This document shows, piece by piece, positions 7,882-16,777 of a DNA stretch of 26,988 bases (position 1 is its first letter; every line of letters starts with the position of its first letter). Made by a program: the position numbers and the translations under genes. The notes beneath the pieces were generated by a model that worked only from the letters and a program-made list of their open reading frames with translations, was not told where the DNA came from and ran no database searches. The stretch spans positions 1 to 26,988 of the forward strand of contig JBKHIT010000062.1 in assembly GCA_046538485.1 (NCBI GenBank), in the 5' to 3' direction. Origin of the DNA: Candidatus Brocadiia bacterium. Lineage in GTDB: Bacteria; Planctomycetota; Brocadiia; SM23-32.

Positions 7882-9907
7882 CAGGTTGCGCCTTCAAAAT
7901 GTCATCACGTTCCCCCAGGCAACTCAAACGGAAGAAGTCACGTCCTCGTTCCCGGAACTTTCTCACGGCTTTTTTTGTAACAAACGAAAAGTAGCTTTCT
8001 TCGGGATGTTCGCAATCAGATGCAACGGTAGAAACACCGCCGTTCTGGATGGTCTTCTCCAGCAGTCGCGCTCCAACGACAGAGCACCGGCGATAAAGGC
8101 TGAAAAAAGTGTCTTCCGGTTGGATTTTAACCTTCTCCCGGGCCAATATGCGGCCCGCATCGATATCTGAAGTGACTTCGTGCACCGTCGCACCGCAGAA
8201 TTCCTCGCCGTTTGCCAGCGTCCAGAAACACGGTGCAACACCCCGGTAAGATGGAAGGTGCGAAGTATGCAGATTCACCGCGGCTCGCTTTGCTTGAGAG
8301 ATCAGTTTTTCGCCAGCGATCTGATTGAACAGATTCAGGACAATAAAATCGGGATGGAACTCTCGTGTAATCTGCAAGGCTTTTGGTGAATGGCAGTCTT
8401 CGATCGAAACAGCATCCAGCGCAAGATGATCAACCACTTCTCGCGCTGACAGATAACGGCGGTTTTCAAATGGGACTCGGCGGAGAGCTTCCAGGCATCG
8501 GAGGGATTCAAAACTGAACTGGGTGAAAACCATCGACGCCAGAAAATCGAAGCCCGATCGTTCGACGACTCTCCTCAGCGTCGAGGTTTTCCCTTTCCCC
8601 AGTTTCGGCGTCAGCATAACTTTCCATTCGGCGCCAGGAAAAGCCTTGCAAAGTTCACGGAGGACAATAGGGGCATGAAAATGCACCGCTGGCATAAGAA
8701 CCAAAATGCGGGGAGATCCAGGATGTTCCGGTTCTTTCTCTCGTTGTTGTCCGTAGAGCTTTTCGTATTCTCGGATCATATGATCGACGGTGAAAAGACG
8801 ATCAGCCCGGCGGCGTGCATTGTCTGCAAGTTTTGCGGCCAGTTTTTCATCCACAGCAACGCTCAGAATAGTTTCAGACATGGCTTTTGGGTCGTGCGAC
8901 GGAACCAGAAGTCCTTCTTTCCCGTCACGCAGAACACCGGGCACGCCTCCGACCCGCGTCGCCACAACGGGGATTCCGGCCGCCATGGCTTCGATCAGGA
9001 CGAGCCCCAATGCTTCGTAATGCGAGGGGAGGACGAAAACGTCCATCCCTGACAGCAATTCGGGGATATCTTCACGGTGTCCGGCGAAGACCACGCGGTC
9101 CTGCAGTCCTTCAGTTTTGGCCTTTTGCTCCAGCTCGCTGCGAAGCGGTCCTTCGCCGACCAGAAGAAGTCCGGCGTCAGGTTCTCGCCGCATCACCTGC
9201 CCCATCGCCTCGATTAAATCCTGAAAACCTTTTTCCGGCGACAGTCGTCCGACGGAACCGATGAGTGGATCAAATCTGTCGGCACCGAGTTCCTTGAGAG
9301 CGCTTTCCGTCTCTGCGGGATCAGCCCGGGCGAATCTTTCGGTATTGATGCCATCGTGGACGACCGCGTATTTGTGGGCGGGGGCGAGATGGAGGCGGAC
9401 CTGTTCCCATTTGTCGTGTTCCGTCAGTGCCACCACTCTATCGGCACATTGTTCGGCAAGCCAGCGGAGAATGAAAAACAGCAGCCACATCGGGCTATCG
9501 GAAACGTTCGGGATTTGTGCGGAACGGGCAAAGATGTGACCGTGAGGCGTATATATAATTCGTGGGATACCGGCTATCTTCGCCGCCAGAGTGCCCAGGA
9601 ACCCTGCTTTTGAGGTATGGGTATGGACAACATCAAAATCGCCGCGCCGGAACAGGCAAACCAACCGGCACAAGGTAACGAGATCGCGCCACGGAGCAAC
9701 CTCACGGCAGAGCTGAGGAACTTCCATGAGCTCCAGGTCTTCTTTCCCGAGTTCCGAACGATACGTTTCATCCGCATCGGAATCCGGACCGTAGACAACG
9801 GAGATATCGTGTTCGCGAGCGGTCAATCCCCGGGCTAAATTTACTAACACCCCCTGCGCTCCCCCACCGCTCAATCTGGTTATGACGAAGCAAATTTTCT
9901 TGGCCAC
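7874..9907 (-). CDS. Fusion of a GT4 glycosyltransferase (N-terminal ~385 aa) and a formyltransferase (C-terminal ~275 aa)
   Basis: GT-B motifs GGGAQ, DVVHTHTSKAG, YTPHG, GRLSPEKG, EALGLVLIEAMAAG. Formyltransferase motifs VNLHTSHLPSYRGVAP and GATVHEVTSDIDAGRIL. One uninterrupted frame with a GTG start. Confidence 0.88.
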   Translation of the reverse strand: MAKKICFVITRLSGGGAQGVLVNLARGLTAREHDISVVYGPDSDADETYRSELGKEDLELMEVPQLCREVAPWRDLVTLCRLVCLFRRGDFDVVHTHTSKAGFLGTLAAKIAGIPRIIYTPHGHIFARSAQIPNVSDSPMWLLFFILRWLAEQCADRVVALTEHDKWEQVRLHLAPAHKYAVVHDGINTERFARADPAETESALKELGADRFDPLIGSVGRLSPEKGFQDLIEAMGQVMRREPDAGLLLVGEGPLRSELEQKAKTEGLQDRVVFAGHREDIPELLSGMDVFVLPSHYEALGLVLIEAMAAGIPVVATRVGGVPGVLRDGKEGLLVPSHDPKAMSETILSVAVDEKLAAKLADNARRRADRLFTVDHMIREYEKLYGQQREKEPEHPGSPRILVLMPAVHFHAPIVLRELCKAFPGAEWKVMLTPKLGKGKTSTLRRVVERSGFDFLASMVFTQFSFESLRCLEALRRVPFENRRYLSAREVVDHLALDAVSIEDCHSPKALQITREFHPDFIVLNLFNQIAGEKLISQAKRAAVNLHTSHLPSYRGVAPCFWTLANGEEFCGATVHEVTSDIDAGRILAREKVKIQPEDTFFSLYRRCSVVGARLLEKTIQNGGVSTVASDCEHPEESYFSFVTKKAVRKFRERGRDFFRLSCLGERDDILKAQPDG

Positions 9908-9913
9908 AGGTCA

Positions 9914-10583
9914 TCACCGGGTAGAAGAAAGTAATTCCTCGGCTGTTTCGACAACCTTGCTGACAGAAATTTCCTTAAAACATTTACGGCTTTTGCAATG
10001 CCGATCTTCACACGGCCAGCAGTCGACATCGGCTCGGATCATGCGAAAATTCCATTCAGGCGGATACGTTCCGTAGCCCTGCCAGTTCCCGGGACCAAAC
10101 AGACCTACTGTCGGCGTCTGCATGGCGACACTCAGATGCATGGGGCCGGTATCATTGCTGATATAGAGGTCACACAGCTCGATACAAGCCGCAAGTTGTT
10201 TAACATTTGTTCGCCCGACGATATTGATAATTTTCTGCTGATTTTTAATACTTTCCATGACTTCTCCGCCAAAGACTCTGAAGACAGACGAAGGCATCCC
10301 ACCTTCGGGACCGGACGGATCGGTATAAATCAATCGCCTGCCGTACTATTCGCCCGGACATCAGCGAAAACGGGTCCTGACAGCGGTAGAGTTTCGTGCA
10401 CTCCAGGTATTCATCAACCAGAGGTCCCTCTTCCAGGACCTCGATCCCGGGGCGCTCCGCGGCAAGCGCCACGTATCCGCCCGGATATGTCTTGCGGAGC
10501 GACCGCAACGCTGGGACCGCCGTGATGACGTCGCCAATCCCTCCGAGCTTCATCACGAGAATATTTTCCAGTTCGCGCTTCAT
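9914..10583 (-). pseudogene. GT9 (WaaC/WaaF heptosyltransferase-like) glycosyltransferase with an internal deletion and frameshift
   Basis: The 5' part (10245-10583) has the GT9 N-terminus ILVMKLGGIGDVITAVPALRSLRKTYP. The 3' part (9914 to ~10270, different frame) has INIVGRTNVKQLAA...ISNDTGPMHLSVAMQTPTVGLFGP...CWPC. Together they give only ~220 aa and the central region is missing. Confidence 0.8.
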
Positions 10584-11761
10584 ATCCCTGCCACTTCCCG
10601 GAGTCGTTCTTCAACCCGGGGGGCTATCTTGTCCCAGGCATATTTTTTCTCAACAAACTGCCGACAGCGTCGACCGATTTCTTTGCCGTCCATTTCATCA
10701 CTGAGCAACATCTCGATCTTTTCAGAAATAGCCTCGGCGGAACGAGCCTCGCTGAGCAGCTCCGGGGCAACCTGATTGAGAAGCTCGGGGATAGCCGCAA
10801 CCGGCGTAGCCACCACCGGTGTTCCACTTGCCATCGCCTCAAGTATGACAATACCGAAACCTTCCAGCGCCGCTGTCGGGAGGACGAAGACGTCGGCAGC
10901 AGCGTAGTAATCCGGCAAGAGATCCGGCGGGATAAAACCCTCGAATCGGGTTTTATCGGCCAGCCCAAGATGGCGGGCAAACTCCACTAACTCATTCTGG
11001 AGAGGACCGCTACCGCCAATGACAAAAAACGTATCGGGAAATACATTACGGATTTGGCGAGCGGCCCGTAGAAAATTCTTAAGTCCCATCCGACGCACAA
11101 GACGCCGCACGGTAAGAACTACCGGTGAATTTTCGGGAAGGTTGAGCTTACGACGTAAAACCTTCTTATCGGGTGCAGGACGAAAAGTTTCGATATCCAC
11201 ACCGTGGGGAATTATATCGGGTTTTCTTTGAACCAGCTTCTGGACTTCGTCTCGCATGAACCGGCTCGCACAAAAAATGCGATCGCAACGCTTGAGAAGC
11301 AACCTTTGCGCAAGTCGCCTCTCTTCCACGTTCAAATAGTGCCTGAGGGAGGAACCCGGGGTTTCCAGTTCATATTCCCTGTGCCAGGGGCTTAAAAAAT
11401 AGCTTATTGTCGGTATTCCGCGTAATTCGCAGAGGAATTCCAACGGCAAACCGGAAAGTATCTGGTAGAAAACAACCACGTCAATTTTTTCGCATCTTAA
11501 AAGACGTTCCCCTTTCAACAAATTATGCGAGGCCACTTTTAGTGCGCCGCTGAACTTGCTCATATTGGCGGGCGAAATGCGCGGGGTATGAAGGTGTATC
11601 CTCTCAAAACCAGCAAGGGTCGCAGGCGGTTCGGTTGGAGTACAACCCATGAAATGGACGTTATGGCCTCGCTGCGCCAGGCAGCGGCTTAACTGAAATC
11701 CAATCCCGTTTGTGACAAACAGGCAGTAGTCCTGGACGAAAAGTAAGTTCATTTTTCGCAT
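10580..11761 (-). CDS. GT4 glycosyltransferase
   Basis: IIPHGVD, TVRRLVRRMGL, GGSGPL, YYAAADVFVLPTAALEGFGIVILEAMASGTPVV. Confidence 0.92.
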   Translation of the reverse strand: MRKMNLLFVQDYCLFVTNGIGFQLSRCLAQRGHNVHFMGCTPTEPPATLAGFERIHLHTPRISPANMSKFSGALKVASHNLLKGERLLRCEKIDVVVFYQILSGLPLEFLCELRGIPTISYFLSPWHREYELETPGSSLRHYLNVEERRLAQRLLLKRCDRIFCASRFMRDEVQKLVQRKPDIIPHGVDIETFRPAPDKKVLRRKLNLPENSPVVLTVRRLVRRMGLKNFLRAARQIRNVFPDTFFVIGGSGPLQNELVEFARHLGLADKTRFEGFIPPDLLPDYYAAADVFVLPTAALEGFGIVILEAMASGTPVVATPVAAIPELLNQVAPELLSEARSAEAISEKIEMLLSDEMDGKEIGRRCRQFVEKKYAWDKIAPRVEERLREVAGI

Positions 11762-12130
11762 AAACTATAGATACATTGTCTCAGTGTTCCATTTTACATC
11801 CTGGGGCACAATCAACTACTTACACTATGTTTCCGGATCCCGGGTTTCAAGAACTCAGTATCGCTTAGGGTGTCCGAACAAATAAGGATGCACTGGTTAC
11901 ATCCTGCCAGTTCCATTACGGAGTTTAAGCGACCATGCACAAATTTTCTACCGTTTTTGCAGTTCTGAAGACTTTTGATGCTTGATAGCGAAAGCTACCA
12001 CTTACCCTCCCTCTTGAAATATGTCATCTTTTGGTGTGTCGGACCCTGGTCCAATTGGCATAAGCATGCTATCTGCATTCCGTTCTCAAAGACCAATTTA
12101 TAGGAGCCCGGGCTGGAGCGGTCCTACCAT

Positions 12131-12754
12131 TGCGCGAGTTTTTATGGAACTTATCTGCATCTGAATAGCTCCTCCACAACGGCAACGGAAAAGACAACAA
12201 CGAAAGGCACAGCGGCGCCCCCGTGGTGGATTCAATTTCCGGGAATACCAGTTTCGCCAGCAGAGCTCACTAAGTACCCTGCCGCACCCTTAATATCGTC
12301 CACCGCGACTCGCGGTCGCCGCACTCCACAGCCGGCTGGCGCCGGCGGGTTTCACACAGGGGCTGATGGTTGGTGCATCCTGCGGCGGCGAACATCTTCC
12401 GGAACCCCAGGTTCTCGGCGGTACCGGCCGGTGTGGTGTCCCGCGCGCCAACGGTGCGCTGTGGATTACGGGGTGTTAAAACGGACCGACGGGACGTTTT
12501 ACTCACCGCTATGTCGTTCCGCCTTACCTCATCTCTTTTTCTCTAAACGGAGAACAACAAGGAACGACAACGACATAGCGGCGCCACCCGTGGGGGTTTC
12601 GCGGGAGAAAGTGCGCAAGTTTTTGTGCAACTTATCTGTATCTGGATAGTTTCTCCCTTGTAGTCCACCGCGACTCGCGGTCGCCGCACTCCAGAGGTGG
12701 CGCTCCGCGCCATCGGGGTTCATGCATGGGTCGTCTGTGGTCGCATCCTGTGGC
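12131..12754. repeat. Modular duplicated palindromic element (REP/MITE-like)
   Basis: Identical 31-mer GTCCACCGCGACTCGCGGTCGCCGCACTCCA at 12298-12328 and 12663-12693; a 45-mer with 38/45 identity at 12131-12175 and 12612-12656; AGCGGCGCC..CCGTGG at 12211-12226 and 12577-12593; a perfect 13-bp inverted repeat at 12506-12518/12569-12581. Confidence 0.85.
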
Positions 12755-12840
12755 ATTGAAGAATTACTGGTTTTGTCGGCTGAACTTTTCGTCGCCCTAT
12801 CCCAAATGGCCTCATGGAAACATCGTTGAGCGTAACAGTT

Positions 12841-13749
12841 TCATTTTGTACATAGCCCCTGTACATAACCGCAGGCGTAAGCGATACGCGCCATTGTCAG
12901 AACAACCTTCCCGGTCAGGGACGCCTTGCCAACGGTCAGGGCGAACCGTGCCGCCCGGTAGAGCAGACTCCGCCGTGCCGGGAACTCACTACGGTAGCCC
13001 GCATCCAGCTCCAGAACAAGATCCGGATGTTCGCGCTGAACGCGGGCGCTGTCGCGGCCTTTCCGGTAACACTGCTCCCAGAAAGCCCGGGGCGTAGCGG
13101 GTACGGGATGGTAGGCCCAGGTCTCCGGCACCACCACGACCCTGTAACCCGCCTGTCGGACGCGGTGTCGCAGGTCCGGATCGGTCCCGCTGACGATATC
13201 CTCGTTCTCCCACCCGACGTCTTTGTAGAGTTGAGTCGGCATGCAGAGACACATGTGCGTCACCATGTCGCTATCGACCAGCTCATCCTGAACGGGAAAC
13301 GTGGTTCGAGGGATCTGCTGGGCGATACTTTTCTGAAACCGGTTGGAATCGGGGCGGATTTGCTGGGAGGCGCCGGTCATTCCGACATCGTCACGCTCTT
13401 TAAACGGCTGTATGAGGTTTTCAAGCACCCGTTCGTGCCCGAGAGTCACATCGTCGTCGATGCAGACCAGGTAATCCCCCCGCGCTTCCCGCACCCCCAC
13501 ATTCCGTGCTCGCCCGTTGGGCCTGACGCCGATCACCAATAGCACTTCCACATCATCAAGAGTCTGCTCTCGGATCTGCCCAATCAACTCCGGCACATTC
13601 CCATCCCGCCAGCCATCCAATGAGGGGATCACAACCGAAACATGAGGTGAATCAGACGTGTTCTCGAAAGTATAGCGTCTCACGTGATCGGTAAGTCTCG
13701 TTGTGGAAGCAAAGACCAGTACCGAGTCTGTCTTTTCCACAAAAGCCAA
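12841..13749 (-). CDS. GT2 family glycosyltransferase
   Basis: VSVVIPS, ARNVGVREARGDYLVCIDDD (DxD), VGWENE...DPDLRHRVRQAGYRVV...AYH. TTG start preceded by GGAGGA. Confidence 0.9.
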   Translation of the reverse strand: MAFVEKTDSVLVFASTTRLTDHVRRYTFENTSDSPHVSVVIPSLDGWRDGNVPELIGQIREQTLDDVEVLLVIGVRPNGRARNVGVREARGDYLVCIDDDVTLGHERVLENLIQPFKERDDVGMTGASQQIRPDSNRFQKSIAQQIPRTTFPVQDELVDSDMVTHMCLCMPTQLYKDVGWENEDIVSGTDPDLRHRVRQAGYRVVVVPETWAYHPVPATPRAFWEQCYRKGRDSARVQREHPDLVLELDAGYRSEFPARRSLLYRAARFALTVGKASLTGKVVLTMARIAYACGYVQGLCTK

Positions 13750-13837
13750 AAAGATTCCTCCAGCCTTTTTAATTCACGATCGAACGCGTTTTTCCCGGCA
13801 GTATAAACCACACCGTATACTGTTTCCTCGCAATCCG

Positions 13838-15340
13838 CTACTCCAAATAACCCATTTTCCGCAGCCGTTCCATCACGACATGATCGTCCGCACTCGCAGT
13901 ATCTTTCAAGAACCTGGGGGAATGTTCGCAGCGCTCATACGATGGTTTGCCAAGTCTTTCCCGCGTTGATGCCGAAAACGCTTCCGTTAGAACGCGTCCC
14001 GTGCAGCTTTCCGGAATAGGACAACCCGACAGGTAAAGAACAGTCGGCATCAGATCGCGGAGCGTTGCATTCCGCGGACAGCCACTGAAACATTCCCCTC
14101 CCAGGGAAACAATTCCTGTCATGCTGTGATCGCTCTCAGGGCGCTTGATATATTTTCGTCCCGCGAAACGAGAGTGTACATTTAGCTTTCCCGGCAACAC
14201 CGCAAATTCCGGTATTTTGTCGAAAAACTCACCATCCCTGCGAAATAGTTTTTCTCGTGGAACCAGGGAAACCCCTTTTACATCACGGAATACATCCTTC
14301 AAGTTCTCAGTGGTGTCGTCCCATTCTGCCGCAACCCGGATCCCGCGAAAAATTCCGTCCGTACACCGCACGGGCCCCGATTCTTCATTCGGCCCCGCCG
14401 CAGTGGAACTCGGTTCTTGCCCCGGTAGCATCTGCCGCAGGAATTTCAGAGCCTCACGACGCCGCGATCCTGGAGGTGCCAACCGGTGGGCGTGGTAACG
14501 CAGCTCGTTCATTAACCTGTTTGTGGCCTGCGCAGAAATAATGTTGGCATCCGCGAGAACGTCTCTCACGAAAACAGCACCGGGATACACCCGGAACCCA
14601 TGATCGGAAAACATAATAAAATTGTGGGACGAGGAAAATTTCTGCAACAAAGATTCAAGAAATTTACCCAGCTGCCCCAATATTTCACCGGCCAGACGCT
14701 CAATCCTGGATTTTCGTCCTTGCCGCAATCCAACCAGACAGGCATGCTGGATCCAGTCGGTAATGCGTATCAAAAAGAACACCACATCATGTTCGCCCCG
14801 CCCGAGAACCTCTTCAATGATAGCGCATTTTGAACGAAACACCTTCCGTTCCGCCAGGAGCATTTTGTAGGAAGAAGTTTCCCCGTAGGGATACAGCCGA
14901 TATTCGCGTATGGATGGAAAACGTGCCGCAAGGTCCGATGGATGGATAAAATCGCTCATTTCGTCGCTCGGCGTCAAAAAGGACGTAATCATGTCGACAT
15001 CTGCTCTGGGAGGATAACTGAGGGGCAGATTGAGAAGAAAAACACGCAGGCCGTTTTCATGCAAGATTTCGTAGAAAGTCTTCCGCCTCAAAGCCCGGCC
15101 CTTGTACAGTCGTCCCTGTTCCGTATCACTAATAAAACCAAGGATCCCGTGATCCTCGGGCCCAACGCCGGTCTGGAAAGACGCAAAGGCGGGCCCGGTG
15201 TAATACGGATAAACGCTCTGCAGGTCTGTAAAGAATGAGCTTTCCAGCACCTGCCTGAGTTCGGCCGCCGCCTGCAGTTCCAGAAGCTCACGTCCGACAC
15301 CATCCAGACCAAGCAATATGAGTTTTTTCTTCTCTGTCAC
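13838..15340 (-). CDS. Alkaline phosphatase superfamily / type I phosphodiesterase-nucleotide pyrophosphatase (NPP-like) protein, cytoplasmic
   Basis: ILLGLDG, PYYTGPAFASFQTGVGPEDHGILGF (Thr at the nucleophile position), TDWIQH, SDHGF, DH...GI, DLMPTVL, C-terminal ERLRKMGYLE. No signal peptide. Confidence 0.85.
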   Translation of the reverse strand: MTEKKKLILLGLDGVGRELLELQAAAELRQVLESSFFTDLQSVYPYYTGPAFASFQTGVGPEDHGILGFISDTEQGRLYKGRALRRKTFYEILHENGLRVFLLNLPLSYPPRADVDMITSFLTPSDEMSDFIHPSDLAARFPSIREYRLYPYGETSSYKMLLAERKVFRSKCAIIEEVLGRGEHDVVFFLIRITDWIQHACLVGLRQGRKSRIERLAGEILGQLGKFLESLLQKFSSSHNFIMFSDHGFRVYPGAVFVRDVLADANIISAQATNRLMNELRYHAHRLAPPGSRRREALKFLRQMLPGQEPSSTAAGPNEESGPVRCTDGIFRGIRVAAEWDDTTENLKDVFRDVKGVSLVPREKLFRRDGEFFDKIPEFAVLPGKLNVHSRFAGRKYIKRPESDHSMTGIVSLGGECFSGCPRNATLRDLMPTVLYLSGCPIPESCTGRVLTEAFSASTRERLGKPSYERCEHSPRFLKDTASADDHVVMERLRKMGYLE

Positions 15341-15892
15341 ACGAAAAAGGTATCAGCCTTCTTATCTTGAGTCAATCGAGCAATGCTGAAGGGATGGTTT
15401 AGCCTGAAGAAACGGTTTTTCACCCCACCGGATTTAGTGTTCGCCCGCCACACGTATGCCCGAGGCGAACAAGTCCACTCTCCAAGTCCCATGAGCGGAC
15501 TGGACTTCAGCCAAAGGCTGGGGTTCAGAACGCGGTGCAGTAACACTCGGGACTCGCAGAACAAAGACGAACAACGGCCGGCAGGTCCGCCTCGGCGATG
15601 CGGAGCTACAGCTACCTCGCATTTTCCAACGGTTGTCCGCCTCAAGTCCAGTTTCGCCTGCCGCTGGCCGGCTCAGCTGAACTCGAGTCTGCAGGATATG
15701 CGATCGAGAAGCGGGGTTGCAAACTTACAGAATCATTGACACTAAACATGGGGTTTATATTACGACAACCCTTAAGGAGTTTTCCGAAGGAAACCTGAGG
15801 AATCTGAACCGGCTGTTGCGGAATTGCACGGCGGTTGTTTACCGGCTACCGGGGAAAGCACTTCTGAACCAAAAAATCCGGGCAGCACCGTG

Positions 15893-16711
15893 TTAGCGTT
15901 CCTGCTGTTCCACCTTCGCGGCGAAAGCGACAAGGCACGGGGAAATGTAAACGGATGGTCTGGTCTCGCCAGGCCTTTCGATAAAGTAGACCAGTTTTAG
16001 CATTTGCCGGTAGAAAAAGCGAACAGTGGCGGCCAGCAGCGATCGAGGATGCAAAGATCCTGACCAGAGTCTATCTGGCCTAATCTCAATATCGCAGAAA
16101 CCGGCAAGCCAGAGCACCTGTTTCAAGCTCGTTTCGACAAAACCAACTTCATGAGTGAAATCAAGATAGCGCGAATAAAGCCCACCCGTAAGACGGGCCA
16201 TATTGGGCGTGCTGATTAATAGATGTCCCCCGGGCGCAAGAGACTCCCGGATAGCACGCAGTACGGAAACAATCTGGCCCTTCTCAATATGCTCTATCAC
16301 ATTGAACATTGTGACCAAATCATGTTCGCCCCTATGTTCCCGCAGAAACTTGACCGGTTCACGGCTCAGATAAATTTTTTCGGTGACATGCTCCCGGACA
16401 TATTCCACCTGTTCTCGATACGCCTCCAATCCCACTACATTTTGATATCCTTGAGTTTTTAGATAATACAAAAAAAGTCCGTTCCCGGCACCGAAATCCA
16501 GGATCCGTGCATCTTTCCGCTCCGGCAAATATTCAGCGAAAGCTTCGTACGCCCGGCACGTTTCATCGTTCGGCACTTCCGCCATATAACGGAAATGCGT
16601 GCTGTGGTAGCGGTCAGTCGCTTCCGCCTTCCCGTTCTTCCGTGGCTCGCTCTCCGAAGCCTCCAGAGGATCTTGGGAAGACCCGTCACAACTATTTCTC
16701 TGTCCTACCAT
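15893..16711 (-). CDS. Class I SAM-dependent methyltransferase
   Basis: ILDFGAGNG, VIEHI, LAPGGHLLISTPN, DFTHE. GGAG RBS before ATG 16711. Confidence 0.88.
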   Translation of the reverse strand: MVGQRNSCDGSSQDPLEASESEPRKNGKAEATDRYHSTHFRYMAEVPNDETCRAYEAFAEYLPERKDARILDFGAGNGLFLYYLKTQGYQNVVGLEAYREQVEYVREHVTEKIYLSREPVKFLREHRGEHDLVTMFNVIEHIEKGQIVSVLRAIRESLAPGGHLLISTPNMARLTGGLYSRYLDFTHEVGFVETSLKQVLWLAGFCDIEIRPDRLWSGSLHPRSLLAATVRFFYRQMLKLVYFIERPGETRPSVYISPCLVAFAAKVEQQER

Positions 16712-16777
16712 TTTCTCCCCTTTTGGTTCTCATAATTTTTTTGTGTGTGAAACTAAAGCAAACAGAGTTTTCCTGCT

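Noticed and set aside
6994..7980. 328-aa plus-strand ORF, and similar long antisense ORFs at 2959-3771, 4348-5001, 13027-13542, 18301-18873 and 23930-24652
   Set aside because: They are shadows of well-supported minus-strand genes in GC-rich DNA and show no recognisable motifs.
10260..10285. Programmed ribosomal frameshift joining the two GT9 pieces
   Set aside because: No slippery heptamer or homopolymer at the junction, and the joined product would still lack the central part of the enzyme.
11006..11017. ops-like GGCGGTAGCGGT on the minus strand
   Set aside because: It lies inside a GT4 CDS, encodes the conserved GGSG motif, and is not in a leader; no JUMPstart context.
12056..12070. Sigma54-like TGGCA...TGC
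   Set aside because: GG-to-GC spacing is one base short of the -24/-12 requirement, and it points away from the operon direction.
12298..12693. Possible CRISPR mini-array (two identical 31-bp palindromic repeats)
   Set aside because: Only two copies, 334 bp apart, with homology extending beyond the repeat and no cas genes; better explained as a REP/MITE-like duplication.
15736..15763. Perfect TTGACA on the plus strand with TATATT downstream (antisense promoter)
   Set aside because: Spacing to the best -10 is only 14 nt and no plus-strand gene follows.
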